Virus record (IMG/VR): IMGVR_UViG_2882837327_000001
Coordinates: 21,907 to 85,906 of that record
DNA: 64,000 nucleotides
Direction: 5' to 3' (one strand)
Source: a virus
Lineage: Duplodnaviria > Caudoviricetes
This document shows, piece by piece, positions 19,378 through 28,493 of this stretch. The stretch's first letter is position 1. Each line of letters opens with the position of its first letter. The position numbers and the translations under genes are program-made. The notes under the pieces were generated by a model that was given only the letters and a program-made list of their open reading frames with translations, ran no database searches and was not told where the DNA came from.

Positions 19378-19680
19378 CACGTCCTCCCGTAGGCAAAACG
19401 CCCCATGCACGCGAAGCAGGTCTTTGATGCGGTCGTCCATGACCGCGTCCATCTCCTTCACCTCGGCCGGGGCCCAGCCCCCCGGCCAAGTGTTGGCCAG
19501 CACCGTATAGGTGGCCATCGCCGTCGCCAGGCTGTCGAGATAGGAACTCGGCTCGGCCAGACCGCCCACCATCTCGTCGTAGGCGGCCTGGATCTTGATC
19601 TCGTCGCCGATGGTGCGGCGACGGAACGTGAAGGCGCCGATGCCATCGACCTTGACCGGGAATACAGTGCTCTGGCTCAT
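19276..19680 (-). CDS. Tail assembly chaperone G
   Basis: 134 aa between tube and tape measure; FTFRRRTIGDEIKI. Confidence 0.8.
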   Translation of the reverse strand: MSQSTVFPVKVDGIGAFTFRRRTIGDEIKIQAAYDEMVGGLAEPSSYLDSLATAMATYTVLANTWPGGWAPAEVKEMDAVMDDRIKDLLRVHGAFCLREDVFRPEGQRRFKALGQGSVADAGSVVPPQVQPAAE

Positions 19681-20102
19681 GCGCCGTACCCGGTCACGTT
19701 CAGCGCGTTAAACACGCCGGACTGCATCAGGATGGAGTGCTTGTTGATCTCAAGCCCACCGCTGGCATAGCTGCACCCGTGGTAGGTGCGCAGGATAGCG
19801 CCGGTCTCCTTGTCCGCGCTCACGATATCGAACACCAGGCCGCGCAGCATCGCGTCGCCATTCTCCGGGATGATGCCGAGCTCCAGCAGGCTGTTCTTGC
19901 GCAGCACCATCGCGGTCACGTTGAGGGAGTGCCGGGCCATGGTCGGCACGTATTCCTCGACGTGGATATCCCCGATGCCGCTGGCCGGCTCCGGCGAGTA
20001 GTCGTCCTGCATGCTGACGCTCTGCATCAGCCCGACCTGGACGCCATCCAGCAGCACCAGGATGTGGTTGCCGGAGCGGACCTTGTGATTGACGGTTGCC
20101 AT
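19677..20102 (-). CDS. Tail tube protein (Twort/K-like)
   Basis: VRSGNHILVLLDGVQVG...GIGDIHVEEYV...YHGCS resembles the recalled phage K tube (VHTGNTVLLMIKGKPVG...YHGCS). Confidence 0.9.
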   Translation of the reverse strand: MATVNHKVRSGNHILVLLDGVQVGLMQSVSMQDDYSPEPASGIGDIHVEEYVPTMARHSLNVTAMVLRKNSLLELGIIPENGDAMLRGLVFDIVSADKETGAILRTYHGCSYASGGLEINKHSILMQSGVFNALNVTGYGA

Positions 20103-20114
20103 GGACGCGCCTCC

Positions 20115-21830
20115 TTACGCCGCGACCGAGCCGGAATACGGCTGCGCGAAAATGACGATGGGGATGTAGTTGATCGGGATGACCGGGCTGGCCTGGACTT
20201 CCAGGCGCAGAACGTCGCCGCTGATGGAAATCTTCAGCCCCTTCCAGGCCGGGTTGTCGGCATCGCCAGCCAGCACGCCCAGGCCCTGCGGCTCCGCACG
20301 CGCCAGCTCATTCAGCACGGTGGTGGCGCGGGCCTTGGCTTCCGCCAGGCGCGCGGCGTTGCCGTTCTTGCCGATGATGGGCTGCATGGCTTCGCGAAGC
20401 GCGCGCGCGGCGTAGTCCAGGGCCGCACCCGTGCTCAGCTCGCGCCGGTTGTAGTTGGTGTTGGTCAGCCAGGTGCTGATCGACTGGACCACGAAGTAGC
20501 CGGTCGGGCGGTCTTCCAGCGGGATGACGCCGCCGCGCAGCAGCACATCGGTATCGGTCGGGTTCCGCAGCTTACGTTCCAGCCCGCGCACCGACAGCGC
20601 CTTGTTGGTCAGCGCGGTGCCCGGGTTCACGCCGGCGAAGCCGCCGCCCAGGATCGCCGCGGCGATGTAGGGGCTGAAGAGGGTCAGCTTGCCGGCGGTA
20701 TTGTAGTCGTAGACCCCGAGATGCACGAGGCCCACGCGATCGCTGTTGATGGCCTTGGCGGCCGCGATGGCAGCGGCGTCCGTGGTGCTCAGTGCGGTGC
20801 CGACGATGGCGCGGCGCTCCTTCGCCATCACGTCGCTCATGAACTTCACATGGGCGGCTACCAGCGCGTGCACGGCGGCATCGCCCGAGACCGGGACCAC
20901 CCACTGAGTGTCCTCGCTCTGCAGCATGGTCAGCGCCTCGGCCCAATCCGAGACTTGGGTGTTGCCGTTGCTGCCGCCGGCCAGGAAGGAGCTGGTAATG
21001 TTCGTCGGCACATTGCCGGCGCCGGCCACCTTGGTGGCGGTCATCAGCGGCTCGGCCGTGCCATTGATCCAGTCCACCACCGCCTGAAGGTCGGCGTAGA
21101 GCGGCAGGTCGGCGGTCTTCGCATCCACGCCCGTCAGGAAGTCGAGCGCGCCGGCGGTCGGATGCTCGCCGCTGCCATCGGCCACACTGGCCGTCCAGCC
21201 GCTGACCAGGCTGATGCGGTCCACCAGATCCGCGACGGTGGCGAAGGTGGCCAGGTCCAGCGTCGCCACCGTGGTGCCGGTGGGGGCCGAAAGCGTCAGC
21301 GTGGTGGAGTTGATGGTCACGGTCGCGGAGGCGGCGTTGCCCGAATAGCGGATGTTGGCCACCTGGCGGCCCACGTTGTCCGCCTCATAGGTCTCGCTGT
21401 CGAGCTTGGTGGTGATCTTCTTGCCGCGGGTGGTGGCGGCCGCGATAGCGATCTGCAGCCGGTTCGCCAGCGTGCCGTAGACGCTGGAAGCCAGGTTGAT
21501 CACTGTGGCGTCGCCACTGTCCTTCAGCGCGAGGGTGGAGCCGGTGGCCGGCTGCACGCGCACGGCAATGATCTCGCTCGGGCCTGGCGTTTCGGTCATG
21601 CCGCCGAAGGCGCGGCTCACCGCGTCCAGCAGCTCGCCACCGCGCAACACGGCGGCCGCCTCGCTGGCGCTCCCGAAGCGGAGCGCCTTCTTCGGCTCGC
21701 CGGCATCGGCGCGGCCGAGAATGGTCAGAACGTTGCCCACGGCGGGGTTGGCATTGAACATGGCGCTGTCGTCCACCCGGCTTGCGACGGTCGGGGTGGT
21801 GATGAGGCGCCCATTGAAGAAAATCGGCAT
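20115..21830 (-). CDS. Tail sheath protein (Twort/K-like)
   Basis: 571 aa; LGRADAGEP...LRGGELLDA; GGSNG; ERRAIVG. Confidence 0.93.
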   Translation of the reverse strand: MPIFFNGRLITTPTVASRVDDSAMFNANPAVGNVLTILGRADAGEPKKALRFGSASEAAAVLRGGELLDAVSRAFGGMTETPGPSEIIAVRVQPATGSTLALKDSGDATVINLASSVYGTLANRLQIAIAAATTRGKKITTKLDSETYEADNVGRQVANIRYSGNAASATVTINSTTLTLSAPTGTTVATLDLATFATVADLVDRISLVSGWTASVADGSGEHPTAGALDFLTGVDAKTADLPLYADLQAVVDWINGTAEPLMTATKVAGAGNVPTNITSSFLAGGSNGNTQVSDWAEALTMLQSEDTQWVVPVSGDAAVHALVAAHVKFMSDVMAKERRAIVGTALSTTDAAAIAAAKAINSDRVGLVHLGVYDYNTAGKLTLFSPYIAAAILGGGFAGVNPGTALTNKALSVRGLERKLRNPTDTDVLLRGGVIPLEDRPTGYFVVQSISTWLTNTNYNRRELSTGAALDYAARALREAMQPIIGKNGNAARLAEAKARATTVLNELARAEPQGLGVLAGDADNPAWKGLKISISGDVLRLEVQASPVIPINYIPIVIFAQPYSGSVAA

Positions 21831-21842
21831 GCGTCTGCTCCT

Positions 21843-22055
21843 TTAGGCCGGCTGCGCGCCGAAGGCGGCGTAGGCCACACCCCACTCGGTGGCGGTGCGC
21901 GTGAAGATCCCGGCGGCGCGCTGCGTCGCCACGAAGGCGTTCAGCAGCTCGACGCGGCGGTCGGTTTTGCTGAGGGCCTGCGCCCACTGATCGAGGGTCA
22001 GAGGCTCCGTGGCCGGATCGGGCTGCGGAAGGGTGTCGGGCGTGGTCTTAGCCAT
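21843..22055 (-). CDS. Small hypothetical virion protein
   Basis: 70 aa from MAKTTPD, coupled to the upstream stop. Confidence 0.65.
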   Translation of the reverse strand: MAKTTPDTLPQPDPATEPLTLDQWAQALSKTDRRVELLNAFVATQRAAGIFTRTATEWGVAYAAFGAQPA

Positions 22056-22893
22056 TGGTGGACTCCAGGGCGGTGATGACGGTCTCGATGCCCACGCCCG
22101 CGGCGGTCGCATCCGAGGAAGCCAGGCAGTTGAAGCTGGCCGTGGCGAGGTAGAGCGCGGCCGCATTCGTCTCGGGCAGCAGCTCGGTGTGGCTGACGGA
22201 AAGGGTCGGGTTCTGCAGGCCCTGCTGCTCGAAGATGTCGAGATTGGTCACGACGATGTGGCTCAGCAGCCGGCCAAGGGCGTTGCGCTCGTCGGGATTG
22301 AGGCTGACGGCGATGATGTTGACGGTGACGCGCGTGAGGTTGCCTTCAGTCTCGTCGCTGCCGATGCCTTCCAGGGGCTCCGTTTCCAGAAGTCCGGACA
22401 GGCCGAACTCGCTGGGCTGCTGGCTGTCCAGGTGGATCGTCACCATGGGCAGCTCGGTCTTCCCGGGATCCACGAAGGGGGCGCACAACACCTGCACGCG
22501 CCCGCTCTTTGGCCGGATCTTCCCTGCATCAACAGCCTGGGCCAGGCCCTTGCTGAAGCGGTCGGACAGCACCGCCAGCACGTCCACGGAGGTATCGCGG
22601 GCGGTGTAGGAGGGGATGGCGACGGCGGAGGGTGCGCGCGGCAGGATCTCGGCGCCTGCGGCATCGCGATAGAACACCGCGTAGTAGACCTCTGTGCCGT
22701 TCAGCAGACCCTGGATGTCCGTGAAGCCTTCCTCGCGCCCCCACTCGGCCACCACCACCGCGCCCGTGTCGTCGGGGCCGGTGATGGTGTCGGTGGTGCG
22801 CCGAAGCACGCGCCAGCTTGCCGCGCCCGAGGGCGGGGCCAGGATGACACGCACGGCGTTGCCGGCGGGATGGGCTTGCAGCAGGGCGAACAT
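22048..22893 (-). CDS. Tail terminator/neck protein with N-terminal Fn3-like domain
   Basis: Position before the sheath; DIQGLLNGTEVYYAVFY (Fn3-like); LPMVTIHLDS. Confidence 0.65.
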   Translation of the reverse strand: MFALLQAHPAGNAVRVILAPPSGAASWRVLRRTTDTITGPDDTGAVVVAEWGREEGFTDIQGLLNGTEVYYAVFYRDAAGAEILPRAPSAVAIPSYTARDTSVDVLAVLSDRFSKGLAQAVDAGKIRPKSGRVQVLCAPFVDPGKTELPMVTIHLDSQQPSEFGLSGLLETEPLEGIGSDETEGNLTRVTVNIIAVSLNPDERNALGRLLSHIVVTNLDIFEQQGLQNPTLSVSHTELLPETNAAALYLATASFNCLASSDATAAGVGIETVITALESTNG

Positions 22894-22920
22894 TGCCCCG
22901 CCAGGGTGTCGTCACGACGC
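22894..22920 (-). promoter_or_regulatory. Late-promoter motif copy 4 (22911-22918; ATG 22893 at 17 nt)
   Basis: GCGTCGTGAC GAC A CCC T GGCGGGGCA ATG. Confidence 0.8.
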
Positions 22921-22931
22921 CCGGCGCGGGA

Positions 22932-23822
22932 TTATCCGATCCTCAGCAGGGCCTGCACATCGGCCTCCACCGCCTTGCCGAAGGCCTTCTCCGCCAGCGG
23001 CTCGATCTGCTTGCCCACGGTCTCGGCGATATGCAGGCCTGGCCGCGCGGGAGCACGCCAGCCCTTGCTGCCCTCCATCATCACCCGGAAGTTGATGAAC
23101 TGGCTGTGGCCGCCACCGCTCTTGCCTTCCGAGGCGGGCTTGTCGAAGCGATACATGCCAGCGAACCGCCGCACCGCCTCCTTGCCCAGGCCCATGCGCT
23201 CGATGTCGCCCTTGGTCAGCTTGCTGCCGTAGGAGTAGTTGCGCTTCGTGACATCCACGATCTCGCCGCGCCGTTCCCGGATGCCACCGCCCTCCTGGTT
23301 GCGGAACGCGATGGCGCCGGTCCCCGAGGCGCGCCAGCCTACCGAGGTGATGTGCGAATTGGTGCGATCCCCGCCCTTCCACCAGTCGTGGATAGCCTGC
23401 GGCATGCGGGCGCCGATGTTGCTGGTCGGGCCGTAGCTCCGAAAGGGGATGATGAGGTAGCGCTTACCCTGCTTGCTGATGCGGACCTTGAGCGAACGGC
23501 CCAGGATCTGCGTCATGTCGCGGGCCGGTGCGCCGTACTCGATCACCCTGGCATAGGGCAGCTCGGTATAGACCTCGCCCTCGAACTCGCCGAGCTGGCG
23601 GAGCATAATGGAACGGGCATAGGTGCCGGTCCTATTGGAGACGCTGCGGCCGTTTGGCAGCGGTGCGCCACTGGCGTAGGCCACCCACTGGCTGTGGGCA
23701 TGTTCCGTCAGCGTCTTCACCGCGAAGGCTAGGTTGGGGAACGCGCCCTGCCCGCCCCCCTGCAGGGCGGCGCCCGTGGGGATCAGGTGGGCGATGTCGA
23801 TGCTGATGCGGAAGTCGCCCAT
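22932..23822 (-). CDS. Neck/tail-completion protein
   Basis: TGTYARSI...YARVIEYGAPARDM...RYLIIPFR pattern; position in the neck cluster. Confidence 0.7.
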   Translation of the reverse strand: MGDFRISIDIAHLIPTGAALQGGGQGAFPNLAFAVKTLTEHAHSQWVAYASGAPLPNGRSVSNRTGTYARSIMLRQLGEFEGEVYTELPYARVIEYGAPARDMTQILGRSLKVRISKQGKRYLIIPFRSYGPTSNIGARMPQAIHDWWKGGDRTNSHITSVGWRASGTGAIAFRNQEGGGIRERRGEIVDVTKRNYSYGSKLTKGDIERMGLGKEAVRRFAGMYRFDKPASEGKSGGGHSQFINFRVMMEGSKGWRAPARPGLHIAETVGKQIEPLAEKAFGKAVEADVQALLRIG

Positions 23823-23828
23823 GGCTCC

Positions 23829-24482
23829 TCACTCCTTCTGCCCAGCGCCGAAGAGCTCGAAGCGGCGCCCGACCACGCGGCGCGGGAGATCCTTGCCGCC
23901 ATGGTGTGCCCTGTCCTGCGGAAGGTTCTTGAAGATGAAGAAGGTCGGCCGCCGGCGGGCGCGAATGCTGTATTGCTGCCCCTCGGCCGGCCCCTGTCCA
24001 TCTGGCCAGATCGGCGCCCCGCCGGCCTGCATCGACGCCAGGCCTGGCCGGGCCACGGTCTCGGGCCCATTGCCGGTCAGCACGAACACATCCTCGATCT
24101 TCACCAGGTAAGCGGGCAGCCGCTCATCCGGCGCACCGCGCGTGAGCGTGCCGTTCCAGGTCTCCTCGCTGTTGATCATGACCACCTGGTCGCTTTCGCC
24201 GGCGCCGTAGAGCGCGGAATCGGATGGCACCGACCACACCACGTCGCCGCTCTCCCACATGCCGAAGGAGGCCCATTCGCGTGCCGTCTTCAGGCCGGTC
24301 AGCCCGGTGTGCGCCTCGATATGCTTGGTCCAGAAGGTGCCCAGGCCATTGCAGTTGGGACAGAGGTGGTCCGCCGCGCCGCTGTATGGCGTGCGACAAG
24401 GGCACAGGAAGGCGCGCCGCCAGTGGCAGGCCTGGCCCATGTCGCCGAGAAGGCGGTTGAAGGCGGCCGGCTGAAGCTGCAT
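23829..24482 (-). CDS. Head-tail connector/neck protein (head-closure type)
   Basis: WRRAFLCPCR...CPNCNGLG motif. Confidence 0.75.
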   Translation of the reverse strand: MQLQPAAFNRLLGDMGQACHWRRAFLCPCRTPYSGAADHLCPNCNGLGTFWTKHIEAHTGLTGLKTAREWASFGMWESGDVVWSVPSDSALYGAGESDQVVMINSEETWNGTLTRGAPDERLPAYLVKIEDVFVLTGNGPETVARPGLASMQAGGAPIWPDGQGPAEGQQYSIRARRRPTFFIFKNLPQDRAHHGGKDLPRRVVGRRFELFGAGQKE

Positions 24483-25543
24483 CAGACGAACACCAGGCGC
24501 GGGCCCTGGATGGCGTCGCGCAGCTTGTCCAGCTTGGTCTCGATCGTATCGCGGTGCTTGTCCGCCTCGAAGCTGATGCTCTGGCTCAGGCCATCCGCCG
24601 ACACGCTGCCGGACTGCGGCATCAGCATGTCATCCACGATGGAGAGCAACGCCATGCGCTTCACGATCTGGGCCAGGTCGGGATAGCGCCGGTTCACGTC
24701 CTCGATGCCGGCGCGGTAGGCCACCGCCAGCATGAAAGGCACGCGGTTGCCACCGCCGAGGATCGACATGATGAAGGTGTTGAGCGGTAGGCTGACCGTG
24801 CCGGTGCTCGGCACGATGTTCACCTTGTTGGTGGTGCCTTCCGGCCGGAGCCAGTTGGCCGGGATCTCGCTCAGATTGCTGCCAGGGTTCGGGTAGGCGA
24901 AGCGGACCCACCGGACCACGCTGATGGGTCGCTGGCGCAGTTCCAGCAGGCCCCAACGCGAGCCGTCGAACAGGGCTGGATCGTAATCATAGCCGGGCTC
25001 TCGCTCCACGCGCTCGCCGGCAGCGGCCAGGGCAGCGGCGTCGGCATCATAGACCGGATCCGCTGGCAGGACTTCGCGCGGCGCAAGCCACACCCGCAGA
25101 TGGCGCTCCGCCTCGGCCTCGGCCGCGAGGATCTTGCCCCAGATCACGTCATCGGTGAGCTCGTCGCCACCGAGATGGGACTTCGCCAGCTTCACCAGCC
25201 GATCGCGCCGGATCCCTGCCACCGCGTCGGGTGGGAATGGGAAAAGCGCGCTGCCGGTGGTGGGAAGGCCGGCCGTGAACAGGAGCATGAAGGTGCGGCA
25301 GCGCACCTGGCCGCCGGGCAGCTCCACGGTGTTGGTGACGCCATACCAGCGCCCGGCCTCGCCGCCGGAGATCAGCGCTTCCGTCTCGTTGCCCGAACGC
25401 TCGGCCACGATCGCCAGGCCTTCGGGCTTGCACGTCCAGATGGAGGTGCTGGGCACGCTGTCCCAGCTGAAGGCGTAGCGGGCTGTCTCGCCTGGCAACT
25501 GCTCAGCCCAGGCGCCCCCGGCGGTTTCGCGGATCGTGCCCAT
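24482..25543 (-). CDS. Neck adaptor with an extra N-terminal Ig-like fibre-adaptor domain
   Basis: N-terminal about 95 aa (ETARYAFSW...ISGGEAGRWYGVTNTV) fused to AEAEAERHL...SADGLSQS adaptor body. Confidence 0.65.
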   Translation of the reverse strand: MGTIRETAGGAWAEQLPGETARYAFSWDSVPSTSIWTCKPEGLAIVAERSGNETEALISGGEAGRWYGVTNTVELPGGQVRCRTFMLLFTAGLPTTGSALFPFPPDAVAGIRRDRLVKLAKSHLGGDELTDDVIWGKILAAEAEAERHLRVWLAPREVLPADPVYDADAAALAAAGERVEREPGYDYDPALFDGSRWGLLELRQRPISVVRWVRFAYPNPGSNLSEIPANWLRPEGTTNKVNIVPSTGTVSLPLNTFIMSILGGGNRVPFMLAVAYRAGIEDVNRRYPDLAQIVKRMALLSIVDDMLMPQSGSVSADGLSQSISFEADKHRDTIETKLDKLRDAIQGPRLVFV

Positions 25544-25551
25544 GGCTCAGC

Positions 25552-25794
25552 TCAGGAGCGGCTGGCCAGGTCGGCGACGACAGCCGGCAGCGTCGCGTTC
25601 GCCGTGGTGGTGTAGTTGGTGTCGGTTACGCCGGCGTCGGTATCGAGCTTGGCGGTCAGGGCCAGCACGGTGGCGCGCAGCGCGTTGTTCGAGGCGATCA
25701 GATCGAGCACAGCCTGGCCGAGATCCGCATCACGCGCGGCGGGCCCAAGGCGGGCGAGATCTTTGCGGTGCTGGGCGTTCGTCTTCTTGGGCAT
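25552..25794 (-). CDS. Small virion protein (LTAKLDTDAGVTDTNY)
   Basis: 80 aa with GGAG SD and its own late motif. Confidence 0.7.
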   Translation of the reverse strand: MPKKTNAQHRKDLARLGPAARDADLGQAVLDLIASNNALRATVLALTAKLDTDAGVTDTNYTTTANATLPAVVADLASRS

Positions 25795-25824
25795 GGGCGG
25801 GATCTCCGGAAGGAAGGGTCAGGA

Positions 25825-25848
25825 GCGCCCATGCTGGCGTCACGACGC
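25825..25848 (-). promoter_or_regulatory. Late-promoter motif copy 5 (25839-25846), leadered, with an SD/AUG-sequestering hairpin at 25791-25834
   Basis: GCGTCGTGAC GCC A GCA T; GCATGGGCG pairs with CGCCCATGC. Confidence 0.8.
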
Positions 25849-25875
25849 GCCCCGCAGGGCGCGCCATGGTTGGCG

Positions 25876-26274
25876 TCAGGCGCCTTCGGGGTCATCGCCC
25901 TTCTGGTCGGCCTCGCCCTCGGCGCCGCCCTGCTGGCCCTGGTCGGTGCCCTCGCCGCCGTCCTGGCCGGATTGGCCACTTTGCTGCTGGCCGGCCGCCG
26001 CCTGCTCGGCCTGCTTACGGGCACGGGTGGCGGCAGCCTTCTGCGCAGCGGTCAGCGGTGGCTCGCCCCCCGGCGTCGCGCCACCAGTGGCTGGCGTCGT
26101 GGTGGCCGGCGGCTTGGCCGGCACTGCGATGGTCTGAAAGCCGTGGAGGGTGGCGAGCCGCGCCGCTGCCTCGTCGCTGATCTCGTCGCTGACGAGCTGG
26201 CCGCGATCCTCGTTGAAGCGGATGCCGTCGATTTCGCCGCCGGGAAGCGGCAGGGTGTAGATCACACGCGCCAT
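25876..26274 (-). CDS. Hypothetical virion protein with low-complexity C-terminus
   Basis: 132 aa from MARVIYTL; follows the capsid gene. Confidence 0.7.
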   Translation of the reverse strand: MARVIYTLPLPGGEIDGIRFNEDRGQLVSDEISDEAAARLATLHGFQTIAVPAKPPATTTPATGGATPGGEPPLTAAQKAAATRARKQAEQAAAGQQQSGQSGQDGGEGTDQGQQGGAEGEADQKGDDPEGA

Positions 26275-26311
26275 GGTGTGGCCTTTCACTCGGTTGGGTG
26301 GGGAGAAGACG

Positions 26312-26339
26312 AAAAAGGCCGACGCTTTCGCGCCGGCCT
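26312..26339 (-). terminator. Intrinsic terminator after the major capsid gene
   Basis: Minus strand AGGCCGGCGC-GAAA-GCGTCGGCCT followed by TTTT. Confidence 0.85.
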
Positions 26340-26368
26340 CGGTCAGCGGGCCGGGCCCGCTGCGCTGG

Positions 26369-27826
26369 TCAGCCGAACGGCTTCCAGGTGGCGTTGTTCG
26401 GCAGGATGTTGTCGAACATCGCGTGGTGCTTCAGCTTCGAGATGCGAAGGTAGCCGAACAGCATCTGCGCCCACGGCAGCACCGGCTGGCTGGTCGGGAA
26501 GAGCTCAAACTTGAACATCGGCAGCAACTGGCGCCAGGTGATGGCGGTGTCGCCCGGCGTCAGGTTCAGCATATAGGCGCGCGTGGTGCCCGGGATGAAC
26601 ACGTTCCGGTCCACGAAGGTGGTGGTGGCACCGGCCTTCGCCACGCGCTTCAGCAGCCGGAAATCGGCCGGCGCGTTGGTCCCGCCCTTGCGGCTCCGGT
26701 AAACGGCGTAGCCCGTCTCCTGACCGCCGGCGGAAGCGGTGATGGTCAGCGTCACGGACTCGCCGGTCGCGATGGACTTCGCGGCGCTGACGACGCCGGT
26801 GCTCTGCCCCTTCGCATTCAGGCCGCACACCAGCCAGTAATAGGCACCGGCATGCGCGGCCTCAAAGCGGGACGCGGCATCGGCCGCCGCGTTGGCCACG
26901 GCCAGGGTGGGCTTCAGGCTGTCGTTCTTGGAGGCCGACGCGGCGTAGATCGCGCCGCGGGCCTCATAGGGCGCCAGCATCTTGTCGTTCGGGATGAACA
27001 CGTCCTTGTTCACCTTCACGTCGCCATCGGACAGGGCGATGCCCTTCACCGGGGAGCCCAGCTTGATGGCTTCGGAGTTGCCGGTCAGGTTCACGCGGAA
27101 GGCCGGGTCCAGGTTGGCATCCATGTCGGCCTGCACGCCCTGCGACCAGAACACGTCCGTGGGCACGCCGAAGGAGCCATAGCTGGAAACCGCGGCGCCA
27201 GCCCGGGTGAACGGCTCCACGCTGTTCAGCGGACCACCGCGCATGTCGATGACATGATCGTTGTCCACCTGGCCGGAGGTGACGGCCGCCTTGAGCTGCG
27301 CGGCGATGCCGTCGAACTCGGTGGGGACCACGCTGGAATCGCCTTCGTAGGAGAGGAAATTCGCGTCGCTCAGCAGCTGCACGGCCCCGTTCGAGTGCTC
27401 GGTCGCCTTCGCATCCACGATGTTCTGGGTGATGTTGGCCACCAGGCTCACGCTGCGCCGGGTCATGAGGTACTTGACCATGCCGACGCGCCGGTCGTAC
27501 TGGCCCGTCGCATCCTGGATGTCGCCGGTTTCGGTGTTGGTGCTGCCGCCCAGCACGCCGCCGGCTTCACTCTGCTCGGTCCATTCGTCCACCGTGCTGC
27601 CGATCTTGGGCTTCGGCAGGCGGTTGAACAGCACGAAATGCTTGGACTGCGCGATGGTCGCCTGCATCGTCGTGTCCAGGGACTGCACGCGCAGCGCGCC
27701 GCCGCCGGTCAGCGTCGCGGAATCGGTGCCGTAGCCCATCTCCAGCGCCTTCTGCAGGGCGCCCAGGGCGTTCTCGTTGACGGCGCCGGTGCTGCCGCCA
27801 TCGAAGTCGATGTTCATCGGGTTCAT
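26369..27826 (-). CDS. Major capsid protein (HK97 fold, Twort/K-like)
   Basis: LQKALEMGYGTDSATLTGGGALRVQSLD parallels recalled phage K VVKSFQTGYG...GALRREILD; EFDGI; FVDRN. Confidence 0.93.
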   Translation of the reverse strand: MNPMNIDFDGGSTGAVNENALGALQKALEMGYGTDSATLTGGGALRVQSLDTTMQATIAQSKHFVLFNRLPKPKIGSTVDEWTEQSEAGGVLGGSTNTETGDIQDATGQYDRRVGMVKYLMTRRSVSLVANITQNIVDAKATEHSNGAVQLLSDANFLSYEGDSSVVPTEFDGIAAQLKAAVTSGQVDNDHVIDMRGGPLNSVEPFTRAGAAVSSYGSFGVPTDVFWSQGVQADMDANLDPAFRVNLTGNSEAIKLGSPVKGIALSDGDVKVNKDVFIPNDKMLAPYEARGAIYAASASKNDSLKPTLAVANAAADAASRFEAAHAGAYYWLVCGLNAKGQSTGVVSAAKSIATGESVTLTITASAGGQETGYAVYRSRKGGTNAPADFRLLKRVAKAGATTTFVDRNVFIPGTTRAYMLNLTPGDTAITWRQLLPMFKFELFPTSQPVLPWAQMLFGYLRISKLKHHAMFDNILPNNATWKPFG

Positions 27827-27856
27827 GGTGTGTCGTGTTCCTCAGAGAGAAGGGGA

Positions 27857-28489
27857 TCAGGCCTTGTTGACGGCGGCCAGAAGGTCGTCGGGGATGGGCA
27901 GGCGGTCGTTCAGGCGCGCCTCGATGCGCGCCACATCGTTCCAGCCGATGCGGCCTTCCTTGGCGGCACTCAGGGACTTCGCCATGAGGTCGCCTCCGGT
28001 CGGCATCTGCTGGGCCGGATCCTGCTTCGCGGGGGCCTGCAGCGTGCTCTGGCGCCCGCCGGGCTGCTCGCGCAGCGAGTTGATCATCTCGCCATGCTTG
28101 CCGCTGGCGTCGGTCAGCGCCTTCAGGATGGGGGCGAGATCGGCAGTCGCGCCGGCGAAGCCGTCGAAGCGCGCGGTCAGCGCCTTCAGCGCTGCGTCCT
28201 GAGCCGTGATGAGGGTGTGCATGGCCTTCATCATCTCAGTGCCGTCATAGGCATCGGTCTCGGTGCCGTCTTCCAGCTTCACCCGAAAGGACTTCACGAA
28301 CTCGTCGCTCGGCGGGGCATCGCCACCCTTGCCAGCCGCGCCATCCTGGGTGGCTCCGCCGGCAGGGTCATTCTTGTCGGCGCCATCGGCGGCCTGCTCG
28401 ATCTTCTTGTCGTCGCTGAGCTGGTCGATGCCCTGCGCCTTCAGAAGCACGTCGCCGAGCTCGGCTTTCAGCTTGTCATAGTCGGTCAC
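27857..28489 (-). CDS. Putative scaffolding protein
   Basis: Between protease and capsid; helical; several hydrophobic-x-K-[AS] sites. Confidence 0.65.
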   Translation of the reverse strand: MTDYDKLKAELGDVLLKAQGIDQLSDDKKIEQAADGADKNDPAGGATQDGAAGKGGDAPPSDEFVKSFRVKLEDGTETDAYDGTEMMKAMHTLITAQDAALKALTARFDGFAGATADLAPILKALTDASGKHGEMINSLREQPGGRQSTLQAPAKQDPAQQMPTGGDLMAKSLSAAKEGRIGWNDVARIEARLNDRLPIPDDLLAAVNKA

Positions 28490-28493
28490 GCGG

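Noticed and set aside
22247-22254. Fourteenth GTCGTGAC copy
   Set aside because: Lies inside the 22048..22893 CDS (HIVVTN), lacks A-N3-T and has no ATG at 14 nt; consistent with chance
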